Positions 26,780-39,600 of a stretch of 64,000 nt of DNA are shown here, one piece after another. Where the stretch lies: NCBI GenBank assembly GCA_965235115.1, contig OZ249436.1, positions 4,714,001 to 4,778,000 of the forward strand, in the 5' to 3' direction. The notes below the pieces were generated by a model that saw only the letters and a program-made list of their open reading frames with translations, was not told where the DNA came from and ran no database searches. How positions within the stretch are numbered: position 1 is the first letter of the stretch; each line of letters starts with the position of its first letter. A program made the translations under genes and the position numbers. The DNA comes from Laetmonice hystrix. Lineage: Eukaryota.

Positions 26780-28785
26780 TCATGGCGAAGGTTCGGAAGC
26801 GTCCAACTTGGGCGGCAGATACAAAGAGAATTGTTCTCGCAGCATCTGAACCTCGTCATCAGTCAGTCCCATGGATTCCAGCGGGAAAAGTTCCACTTGA
26901 TAGGGACACATAGTCATTAATGATTCCACGTAACTATACCACGACTTGGCAGTCCCTGCCAACGCCTGAGGGTTCATATGGAAGAGTTCACTGTACCGTT
27001 TTAGGGTAAGTCGAGCATTACTGAGAGCCTCTGGTCTCAAAATGGATGGAGGACACTTGAAGAAGACTTTGATGCGTGATGTTATCTCGACGTATTCACC
27101 AATATAGTGAGCGTGTCCGCGTGGCTTACTGAGGGCTTTCATGGCCTTCAGCACCGAGTTGACGCCGACTTTCATGGTCTGACATATACACCGGGGGATC
27201 ACCACACAGGCCCGCTGGCCGATGATGTTCGCCACCAAGCGGTTAAACTTGAAAGCTTCCATCTCCACCTGCTCTGCTGTCAGTGCTGCCCCCTGGTTTT
27301 CAACCAAGCCTAGTGGCGTCATCTGGGGAGAAATGAACATGCCTGTTGGTTGGCACACTGGATGCACTGGAGTCTTACATTAATTTCCCCCACAGCTTGA
27401 CATTCTGACCTCTGTCTTTTCCCTCCAAGGTCATTGCAGATCAAGGACCGGCTTAGTGTCCGAGTTCTTTCAAATTTCAAATGCAGATTTAATACTCTGA
27501 TAAAGGGAACAATGTCAATGAAACAAAATTTAATTATCCCAAACACGTGCCATGTACTTTTGTATATATGGTGTTGAACGTTGAATGCTTCTTTCAGTAA
27601 ATTAAGCAACCATTTGTACTACAAAAGTTATATTGGTAATTGGGCTATCTAGTAGTAAAGGGGGCAGCAGTAAAATGTTTAACAGTGATTATGTAGAAAT
27701 TTATCAATCAAACTACTAGAGCAACACAAAAATATGTTTGTTCAAATTGTTGATCAACTCAACATAATATTAACTATCCACAGGTATAAGACGAAACACA
27801 ATTTTGCAACTGATATAAAAGACTATTTGAGAACCTATTATATGCCTAAATAATTATTTTTTTAATTTTCAAGTACCAGTATCTTTATTAAGATAATCGC
27901 AGGGCTAATGTAACCTTATTTCCAATTATTGAAACCATTTTTTTAAATATTACCGTATGTTACATGAAGACTATAAATTAAAATATCTTAGTCAAGGAAA
28001 ATTATAGTTACCATCCTCTGCTGCTGACATTGCACAAAGTCCTCAGAAGCTGAAATGCACCTATCCGGAGTATCCTGGTATCCACCTGCTAATAGTCTGA
28101 CCTCTTCAGGTATGTATGTGGCCTCTGGACCTAATAACATTTCCTGACTTATCCCTTGAATATCTTTACCTAACGTGACTCTCTCCCCTAATGACACGTT
28201 TGGCATCATGTTGAATATAGCTGTCTTTGAGGTTTCCACAGACTCTGAGTCGGAATGAACCTCTTCTTTAATAACCACTGACTCCCTGCTATGTTCATTG
28301 TTCAAAGCTGAGCCACTGGCACGTGGACTGCCACAGGGAGCAAGCCGTTTATAATACTGTCCAGACTGGTGATCCTCACTCAGTCTCTGACTTTGACAAC
28401 TTGAGTAAGACCTCTTCCTTCCCGGGTTCCCTGAACTCTTCAATATGCTGTCAATTCTGCTTTCACTTTGATGAGATTCATGAAGCTCGGCAGTACTATC
28501 TTGAGGGTTCTCTGAAAACTTAGAAGTTACACTGTTACAACTTGAGCTCTTAATGTTTTTGCAGACAGCCTGAGGACAATCAGACTCAAAACTTTTTTCT
28601 TTGTCACTGCTGATGAGCTCATTGACTTTGACTAAAAATATGTCCTCTTTGTCGAGTGTGATGGCCAGCAGCCCCTCGATAGTGAGCTCCGAATTGAAAC
28701 TGAGGCCGTTTTTACAAAGCACAGTAATTGCCTCGGTGAGTAAGGCTTGGATCTTGTGCCGGTCCTGCTTCGCCACCATCGTCAT
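26780..28785 (-). CDS. Uncharacterised protein, isoform A (~438 aa); coding exons 28785-28012 and 27322-26780
   Basis: Long ORFs joined by ATG|GTAACT (28011) and ttcatttctccccag|ATG (27322), phase 0. The N-terminus (KIQALLTEAITVLCKNGLSFNSELTIEGLLAITLDKEDIFLVKVNE) looks globular; I recall a similar unnamed domain in lophotrochozoan nuclear proteins but cannot verify this. A Ser-rich linker with IKEE follows. Minus-strand AATAAA at 26553-26548; upstream acceptor at 28916. The start could be the ATG at 28779. Confidence 0.8.
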
Positions 28786-30049
28786 AGTGTGGCTGTTCAC
28801 GATCGTAGGGCAGTGGTTCAATGGTCACTGGATTACTCCTCACGTCACCTCTCCAGGTCTGTGACAACAGCTTACAGCCACTGCTCCCAGATCCTACTGA
28901 AGTCTGAAGTCCTATCTGAAGTCAAAGGAAACCATGTATTACTTGTCTCTTGTTTTAAACTCTTCAACATATTGGTCCGGACGCCACCTTCTTACAATCC
29001 CCAAATAAGATCAAATAAATCAAATAGCGGAGGTTTGTAGAAAAAGACATTTCATAATTTATTTACTCAATTACTGCATGTTCATTCATTGACTGAGTCT
29101 AGACTCTACAGTACTCTGTGTCAGGCTCTGGCTCTGCCTCTGGTCAGCTATAATAATATACGGGGATCTCGCTGGCCGCTCACCACTTCGCCATCGGCGA
29201 ACAGAACTGCAATGTGGCTAATAAATTTAATTAATGGGTCGCCACTTTGGCAACTGCTTCCCGGCCCACCTATCCAGTGTCATTCATGGTGCCAGCCCAG
29301 CATTGTCGATCACTCGCTGCCGCTGAACCACTGATGTGACCTTTGACCCCACCAAGTTGCAGACCTGTGTCTCAAACTCATCATGTAATGCCACGTGCCT
29401 CCCTTATTGGAAGGTGTTGTGGCCTGTGAGTGGAGGTGGGTGGGAGAAACATTTGGTGTTGGGGGGGGGGGGGGGCAAACCTGTTGATGGAGCAGGTGTG
29501 AGCGGGATGAGAGGCTTCTGTTACCAGCCAGTTGTCAGTGCATCTGTGATCAGTAGTCCTGCGAAAGGATGCTGCTGTAGCCATCTCCCAAAAGGGGTTG
29601 TCTCAAAAATGTGTTTTTAAAATGTGTGACAAAATATTTAAAATGTGGGACCACTGTGACTGGGGGACCCTGTATTAAGTCATGAATAGGACTGGTTGTG
29701 CTGCACAATGAACATTCAACGTGGGGAAATAGACCTTTTTACCAAATGACTTTTGTGGCTAATGGATCATAAATGTGGCTCATCAAAACTCTGTTCAGTT
29801 AGCCACAGCCACAGGCACAGTGACAGTCACAGTCAGTGGCTAATGATTTTTGAAATCCTAGCCTAGCGAGATCCTTGATTAAAAACGATTATGAAACCCT
29901 CAACTCAAGCTCAAACGCTACTCCAACAAGCCAGAGTCTGATATCTGATAATGTACAACAAACTAGCAGAAACAGGGTCTAGGTTCCTGGACTAGCTCAA
30001 ACGCCAAAGGGAGGGCGGTAACTTAGTATATCATAATATAATCCACCTA

Positions 30050-30693
30050 CCACCTGTTAAGTGTTTTACTGTCAACATAGAACTAGGTTTTCTAGTTTTA
30101 TGCTGTCAACAACCGTGTAGCATCACCGACAGCCGACATCAACACTGCCACCGGATGTAGAATTAGATCAGAGAGTGCGATTAGATTCCGTCCACTACGT
30201 ACCAACATGGTTCTGATATTTTCCACCAGGCGGCAGTGCCGGGGCTCGTTTCACTAAACACTCGTATTTTATTTTTACGAGCTCGTAATTTCTATAGATC
30301 ATAATAGCAAAATGTACGAGGGGTTCTCAAGGCGTCGATGGGGTTAGGGCTATGGTTTTTTTATTGTACTTGACTCCTTCCTTGTGGCTGTGATTTCCTT
30401 TTTAGATCTTTTTAGGCTCCCATGTCATTAATGATTTTGTCTGCTAATGCTATTCGGCTGAGATACATAGGGCAGCGAAAAATGTACTGTTTCTAGTTTA
30501 CTTTAAAGCTTTACTCAAGTTAATTTTTTTTTGCAAAACTTGGCCCTGGTGTTATTTTCCATAGAACGTTCTATGCCGGGAAAGAGCACAAGCTGGCCCA
30601 AACCCAGAAACATGAAAATGACCTAGTGTGTTTAAGCGAATAAAGAGAGTTCGACTTTGGCACTGGGTGATCACGCTGCTTTCTATACCAACC
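30050..30693. promoter_or_regulatory. Candidate bidirectional promoter between the minus-strand gene and ACOX, with a CTCF-like motif
   Basis: The two genes are head-to-head. A minus-strand donor GTAGGT near 30050 suggests a 5' UTR exon, and CCACCAGGCGGCAG lies at 30223-30236. Confidence 0.4.
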
Positions 30694-33600
30694 ATGGCGT
30701 GGATGAGGGTTGGGGATCAAAGCCCGACTGAAGTTCATCCTGATTTACAAAGGGAACGCAAAACTGCCACGTTCTGTCCTGAGCTACTGACAAATCTACT
30801 GGATGGAGGGAAAGACCACACCGATCGTCGACGGCAAGTGGGTGCGTGTAGGCCTACACACTACTGGCCAGTTTTGGAGTGCAGCCCTTGGAACTGAGGC
30901 GTAATGTAGGACAAATATAATTCGGGCAGTTTTCTCAATCCATCTTCTTCGGGCAATGACCATTTATAGCGCCTGCCCTCAACGTTTTAGGTTCTCCATA
31001 ATCATACAAACAAAAATAAAACAATACCAACAAGAATTTTTTAAAATTATGAAGAATAATCATAAAAGATTTACAATGCTTTATTATGACAAACTGGCAG
31101 TTAAACTTAAAGTTACCTCATTGCCAACTGTAGGCCTATAATATATTAAATGAAAATAGCCTACCTCTAGAGTTCATTGAAATTACTAATTAATATAAAT
31201 GTGTGTTTATTTATCCACAGTTAGCACCCTTTTCCAGAACGCTGCCTTTGACCCCAAAGATTCCCATTTCCTGTCACGTTGGGACTCCTATGGCCGTGCG
31301 CTTCAAAAGGGTACGAAACTTCTGTCTGTAGGAATCCAACACGGCTGGAACAGGGACGATTTCAACCATGCTGTCAGGTAACAGGAAGGAAAAGTTTGAC
31401 AGTCACAGAGTGTCCGTGTATGACCGACCCATGACGTGCATTGGCTGTCAGAACCCATCATAACTATAGATTGAGATGGGGAGAAAAAAAAACCAGCCGA
31501 ACTGATTTTTTTATGAAAAAGCACATTTTGGTTACATCTACAGAGCGGTAACTATACACCATAAATTTAAAAGAGACAGATGTGCTAATTGTAGTAGGGT
31601 GGGGGCCGGCTCCCTAGAAAATTTCTTCAGACATATAGGCCCGAACTGGCTCAGAATGAGAGGAGGCTCCAGCATTCATGAGAGTGTTGGTCAACAAAGT
31701 GTTTGAATGGCCTTATATACTCCGTACAACATCAGGATAATATATTGGAAATTTCTTTATATTCCCTCACTGATTCCCAACAAGATCTTCTAAGATATTA
31801 GGAAGTAATCTCTAACTTTCACTGATAGGTTGTGTGCTTTTCCTCACGATGGAAATTTATTTGCAGTTTACTATTTTATTTCAGTGAGGGCGATTCATTA
31901 ATTAAAACATGTGTTGTTCCTTTAGCTAACCTTAACACCTAGAGTCATGGGATTCTCCTGATAGCAAAAGCTAATTCAATGCTCCTCACTGTAGATCCAT
32001 TCGGTTTGATGTCGGAATGGGCGTACATGTTATAATGTTTCTCCCTGCCATCGAACGTCTGGCAACGGACGAACAGAAGGCCGAGTGGCTCCCCCTAGCG
32101 ATGAGTCTGAAAATGATCGGTACCTACGCTCAAACTGAACTCGGACATGGTAAGTTACAGAGGTATAACTCCCTAGCCGGGTCATGGTAGTTTTGGGGAA
32201 TGTGACATTTTCAGTCCTAAATGGTTAAACGTATTGAACCGAGCATGGATGAGCCTGATGAGGTAGTCCTTTATATAATATGAAAAAGTAAACCTTAGGC
32301 CTAGCTGCAACAGATGAGTTGGGAGAAACAGCCGTGTTCAACTGAATATTAATAATGCCAGTTTATTTATGGTTTTCTTGTCTTTACTTAAATAGGGACT
32401 AACCTCCGGGAACTTCAAACCACGGCCGAGTACAACCCAACGACACAGGAGTTTGTGTTAAACACACCATTTCCAACAGGAATGAAATGGTGGCCAGGAG
32501 GGTGTGAGTTTAAGTTTGTAAGAGAAGAGAATATCAATACTTCAGGTGGCTAGAATTCAACAAGAATACTGTCCGCATATAGATCTATACATGCAGCACC
32601 TGAGAGAAAGGGAGAACAGTACTACATGTAGTTTTACGTATGCACAACCTTATATTTAATGTAGAATAATGTCATTTTTTTAAAATCATTATTAGCAAGG
32701 GTTATTAACTGTATTAAATGATTGGTGTAATTTCTTTATTGTTTTTAAAGTGGGGAAATCGTCAAACCATGTATTGTTACTGGCCCAGCTGATTGTGAAG
32801 GGGAAAAGATGTGGTATGCAGGCCTTCCTAGTCCCAATACGAAGTATGGAAACACACAAACCACTACCGGGTATGTAACTTCATACCCACTGAACCCAAA
32901 CAGGTATGTAACTTCATACACACTGAACCCAGACAGGTATGTAACTTCATACCCACTGAACCCAGACAGGTATGTAACTTCATACCCACTGAACCCAGAC
33001 AGGTATGTAACTTCATACCCACTGAACCCAGACAGGTATGTAACATCATACCCACTGAACCCAGACAGGTATGTAACATGACACCCACTGAACCCAGACA
33101 GGTATGTAACTTCATACCCACTGAACCCAGACAGGTATGTAACTTCATACCCACTGAACCCAGACAGGTATGTAACTTCATACCCACTGAACCCAGACAG
33201 GTATGTAACATCATACCCACTGAACCCAGACAGGTATGTAACATCATACCCACTGAACCCAGACAGGTATGTAACTTCATACCCACTGAACCCAGATCTT
33301 CATACCCACCCAACCCAGACAGGTATGTAACTTCATACCCACTGAACCCAGACAGGTATGTAACTTCATACCCACTGAACCCAGACAGGTATGTAACTTC
33401 ATACCCACTGAACCCAGACAGGTATGTAACTTCATACCCACTGAACCCAGACAGGTATGTAACTTCATACCCACTGAACCCAGACAGGTATGTAACTTCA
33501 TACTCACTGAACCCAGACAGGTATGTAACTTCATACCCACTGAACCAAGACAGGTATGTAACTTCATACCCACTGAACCCAGACAGGTATGTAACATCAC

Positions 33601-36600
33601 TCACACTGAACCCAGACAGGTATGTAACATCACTCCCACTGAACCCAGACAGGTATGTAACTTCATACCCACTGAACCCAGACAGGTATGTAACTTCATA
33701 CCCACTGAACCCAGACAGGTATGTAACATCACTCACACTGAACCCAGACAGGTATGTAACATCATACCCACTGAACCCAGACAGGTATGTAACTTCATAC
33801 CCACTGAACCCAAACAGGTATGTAACTTCATACCCACTGAACCCAGACAGGTATGTAACATCACACCCACTGAACCCAGACAGGTATGTAACATCACACC
33901 CACTGAACCCAGACAGGTATGTAACATCACTCACACTGAACCCAGACAGGTATGTAACTTCATACCCACTGAACCCAGACAGGTATGTAACATCACTCAC
34001 ACTGAACCCAGACAGGTATGTAACATCACTCACACTGAACCCAGACAGGTATGTAACTTCATACCCACTGAACCCAGACAGGTATGTAACTTCATACCCA
34101 CTGAACCCAGACAGGTATGTAACTTCATACCCACTGAACCCAGACAGGTATGTAACTTCATACTCACTGAACCCAGAGAGGTATGTAACATCACACCCAC
34201 TGAACCCAGACAGGTATGTAACTTCATACTCACTGAACCCAGACAGGTATGTAACTTCATACTCACTGAACCCAGACAGGTATGTAACATCACACCCACT
34301 GAACCCAGACAGGTATGTAACTTCATACCCACTGAACCCAGACAGGTATGTAACATCACACCCACTGAACCCAGACAGGTATGTAACTTCATACCCACTG
34401 AACCCAGACAGGTATGTAACTTCATACCCACTGAACCCAGACAGGTATGTAACTTCATACCCACTGAACCCAGACAGGTATGTAACATCATACCCACTGA
34501 ACCCAGACAGGTATGTAACTTCATACCCACTGAACCCAGACAGGTATGTAACATCACACCCACTGAACCCAGACAGGTATGTAACATCACACCCACTGAA
34601 CCCAGACAGGTATGTAACATCATACCCACTGAACCCAGACAGGTATGTAACATCACACCCACTAAAACCCAGACAGGTATGTAACTTCATACCCACTGAA
34701 CCCAGACAGGTATGTAACTTCATACCCACTGAACCCAGACAGGTATGTAACTTCATACCCACTGAACCTGACAGGTATGTAACTTCATACCCACTGAACC
34801 CAGACAGGTATGTAACTTCATACCCACCCAACCCAGACAGGTATGTAACATCACACCAACTGAACCCAGACAGGTATGTAACATCACACCCACTGAACCC
34901 AGACAGGTATGTAACTTCATACCCACTGAACCCAGACAGGTATGTAACATCACTCCCGCTGAACCCAGACAGGTATGTAACTTCATACCCACTGAACCCA
35001 GACAGGTATGTAACTTCATACCCACTGAACCCAGACAGGTATGTAACATCACTCCCGCTGAACCCAGACAGGTATGTAACTTCATACCCACTGAACCCAG
35101 ACAGGTATGTAACATCACACCAACTGAACCCAGACAGGTATGTAACATCACACCAACTGAACCCAGACAGGTATGTAACATCACACCAACTGAACCCAGA
35201 CAGGTATGTAACTTCATACCCACTGAACCCAGACAGGTATGTAACTTCATACCCACTGAACCCAGACAGGTATGTAACTTCATACCCACTGAACCCAGAC
35301 AGGTATGTAACTTCATGCCCACTGAACCCAGACAGGTATGTAACTTCATACCCACTGAACCCAGACAGGTATGTAACTTCACTCCCACTGAACCCAGATC
35401 TTCATACCCACCCAACCCAGACAGGTATGTAACTTCATACCCACTGAACACAGACAGGTATGTAACTTCATACCCACTGAACCCAGACAGGTATGTAACA
35501 TCATACCCACTTAACCTGGCAGGTATGTAACATCACACCCACTGAACCCAGACAGGTATGTAACTTCATACCCACTGAACCCAGACAGGTATGTAACTTC
35601 ATACCCACTGAACCCAGACAGGTATGTAACATCACACCCACTGAACCCAGACAGGTATGTAACATCACTCACACTGAACCCAGACAGGTATGTAACATCA
35701 CACCCACTGAACCCAGACAGGTATGTAACATCACTCACACTGAACCCAGACAGGTATGTAACATCACACCCACTGAACCCAGACAGGTATGTAACATCAT
35801 ACCCACTGAACCCAGACAGGTATGTAACATCACACCCACTGAACCCAGACAGGTATGTAACATCACACCCACTGAACCCAGACAGGTATGTAACATCACA
35901 CCCACTGAACCCAGACAGGTATGTAACATCATACCCACTGAACCCAGACAGGTATGTAACATCACACCCACTGAACCCAGACAGGTATGTAACATCATAC
36001 CCACTGAACCCAGACAGGTATGTAACATCATACCCACTGAACCCAGACAGGTATGTAACATCACACCCACTGAACCCAGACAGGTATGTAACATCACTCA
36101 CACTGAACCCAGACAGGTATGTAACATCACACCCACTGAACCCAGACAGGTATGTAACATCACTCACACTGAACCCAGACAGGTATGTAACATCACACCC
36201 ACTGAACCCAGACAGGTATGTAACATCACTCACACTGAACCCAGACAGGTATGTAACATCACACCCACTGAACCCAGACAGGTATGTAACATCACACCCA
36301 CTGAACCCAGACAGGTATGTAACATCACTCACACTGAACCCAGACAGGTATGTAACTTCATACCCACTGAACCCAGACAGGTATGTAACATCATACCCAC
36401 TGAACCCAGGCAGGTATGTAACATCATACCCACTGAACCCAGACAGGTATGTAACTTCATACCCACTGAACCCAGACAGGTATGTAACTTCACTCCCACT
36501 GAACCCAGATCTTCATACCCACCCAACCCAGACAGGTATGTAACTTCATACCCACTGAACCCAGACAGGTATGTAACATCATACCCACTGAACCCAGACA

Positions 36601-39600
36601 GGTATGTAACTTCATACCCACTGAACCCAGACAGGTATGTAACTTCATACCCACTGAACCCAAACAGGTATGTAACATCATACCCACTGAACCCAGACAG
36701 GTATGTAACTTCATACCCACTGAACCCAGACAGGTATGTAACTTCATACCCACTGAACCCAGACAGGTATGTAACATCATACCCACTTAACCTGGCAGGT
36801 ATGTAACTTCAAACGCACCCAGTAAACCTTCCGAATATGTTACATAATACCTCAGAAAAACAACAATGCCTTCATCACTGACACTTCCTTCGCCAATTGA
36901 TTCCTAATTTCACAGTTAGGTATATATTATGTGTGATGGTAATGTTAACTGTTACTTTTACTGTAACTGTTACTGTTAAAACTGAATGTTTCATGTCTAA
37001 AGGAGTTGAGGTTGGTGAGATCGGCCCGAGACTTGGCCTGAATACTGCTGACAATGGTTTCCTGATACTAAGAGACGTACACATTCCCAGAACAAACATG
37101 CTCATGAAATACAATCAGGTAGGTATGGATCGACCTGGTGTGCCTGGTGTGATCCCTCCACGACAAGGGCATTCCATAAACTGGGAGTTGACTGGTTTTA
37201 ATTTGTAAAAGAAATTTAACCGGTAAAATGTGCTGGTAGGAGCACATTATATGTAGGAGCTGGTATATAGAGTGTCAATGTTGTACATGAGACCTGTACA
37301 TATGATGTCTGTTAACCTATGTCTGTCTAAAGACCAGAGATTGAGTTTGAACAAGTAACATGTGTTGATCCCTCGTTTCGATCTATAGGTAACCGAGGAG
37401 GGGGAGTTTACGACTGGAAGCGAGGGTGGCCGCGCCACCTATAATACCATGGTGATGGTGAGGACTGCTATTGTTGACCACTGCTTCATGTTTGTGTCAC
37501 ACGCTACTACCATAGCAACACGCTACAGCGCCGTGTGGCGGCAGTCCGAACTAAAACCGGGGTCAGTCTCACAGCCTCACATTTATGGGCTGGAGAAAAT
37601 ACGTTACCATAGTGATAGAATGATTCCTTCAACTTGTTCACGTCCGTTTCATAATATCACTACAAGATTCTTTAGAAAAACTTAAGCAGTCCAATTGAAT
37701 GATAGTGTAGGCATATGTCAGAGGTATTTCTAAATTCTATTAAATGCTGCACTTATGTCAGCCTATGACATCTCGGCAGATATTCTATGATATGTCAATA
37801 TGTACGACATGCCACCATAGACCATGTTTCAACATCTGTTGCCATTTCTTCGATATTTCAGAGATGGGGAGGTCCAGGTGCTCGACTTCCAGACTCAACA
37901 GTACAAACTATTCCCAAACATAGCACTCGGGTACAGTTTTTATTACGCCCAGCGTGATATCGCGGCCACATACGAACGGATGTATAAAACTGAACTCAGT
38001 AAGGGCAACTTCACCAACGTACCTGAGGTAGGTCAGGAATTCCTGGGGGGAAGGGGGGAATTGGATGATTTGTCTGGTGGTCTGACCCAGAGATGATTTA
38101 TCTGGCGTCTGACCTCGAGTTGTAATAATTCTCCCTCCCCCACACACCCACAGATGCACAGTCAGAGTTGCTGTCTGAAGGCATACGCCACCGACCTGAC
38201 CACCGAGGCCGTGGACGTGTGTCGCAGAGCGTGTGGAGGACACGGATACCTGCTTTCCTCCGGGCTGGCTGACCTCCTCCAGGACTGCCTGGCTGGGGTC
38301 ACGTATGAGGGAGAGAATACAGTGCTCTACCTCCAGACCGCCAGGTATGGGGGCAAGGGTGGGGTAGGGGTGGGTACGGACAACTGGGGGTGGGGTATGG
38401 ACCAAGGGATGAGTGGAGGGGGTATTTATAGTTACCTCATCACGGTAATCCTGTCTTGTAAATTAGGACCCAACCTATTTTCTAAAGATGAAATGTCAAA
38501 TATGGAATACAATTCTTCGGGTGGGTCCATAATTAGGAATTGATTTTACCTCTATATGTATTGGAGAGATGAGCTGAGATAGTATAGGGGCAGGAGTGAG
38601 CTAATTGTCTGACCAACACATCACCACCATGCTGTCTCAGTTCTCACCGACCCTTCCTCCATACCAGATACCTGGTAAAGGCTTATACTAGTACTGGAGG
38701 AGAGCTGACTGGGACGAGTGCCTACCTAAGAGGACACCTCCAGGCTGCTCCAGTACATACAGCTACCGACTGTCGAAACTTCCACACCCTCACCACCGCA
38801 TTCAGGACACGGGCTCTGTAGTAGGTCCCGGCGATTTCAAATACATACCATAGGCGTCCTCGGGGGAGGAGGGGGGGACGTAATGAAGTTGAGTTGCAAG
38901 TCTTTCGTAATTCCTCTTCTGGTACCCGTAGCTCTGTGCTGACCACAGGTGCCTCCTGAAGTCGAATTCAACCCACCGTTTGGAAACCCTGGGGACACCT
39001 ATGTATACCTCAGCACTTCATGTTAGCTAGAGTTTCTTTGCCTTTGATGCAATAAATCTAACCTCACGAGTACTCAAGAAGGAAATGACCGTGACCGTGA
39101 CCGTTGATCCCCTCTATATTGAGATGTAAATAAAATCTCCTCCTCTATCGTCTAGCATGGTTCGTATTGCTGCAAACAACCTACAGAGGGCGCTAGCGTC
39201 TGGCAAGCCCCAACACGTGGCATGGAACGAGAACTCGGTCGACCTTGTCACAGCAGCTAAGGTATACTGTGCTAAGATTGTCATCCTTCAAGGTTACCCA
39301 GGTCATATCTGCTCGATACTTGGTAAAACTATTTAAACACACTCATTGAATATAGAGATATCTATACCCAGTGGCGGATCCAGAGGTCGGGGGTGTACGG
39401 TTGCAACCCCCTCCCCCCTAAAGTAATTTTTCTTTCTTTGCGCAAAACCTGAAAACTTTTTTGGGGAATAACTTTTTTTCGGTATTCCTTCCAGAGGGGC
39501 CTGCAGGAAACCGTGTTCGGGATTGGTGTGAATTAAAAGTAGAAACAGATGAAATGCTCCCATTTCTATAAAAAAAAAAAACTACTTCTAACTAGAAGGA

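Noticed and set aside
32864..36786. Long ORFs (up to 784 aa) of [11 protein letters not shown] or VTYLSGFSG repeats
   Set aside because: Artefacts of a 33-bp satellite inside ACOX intron 5; they are open on both strands.
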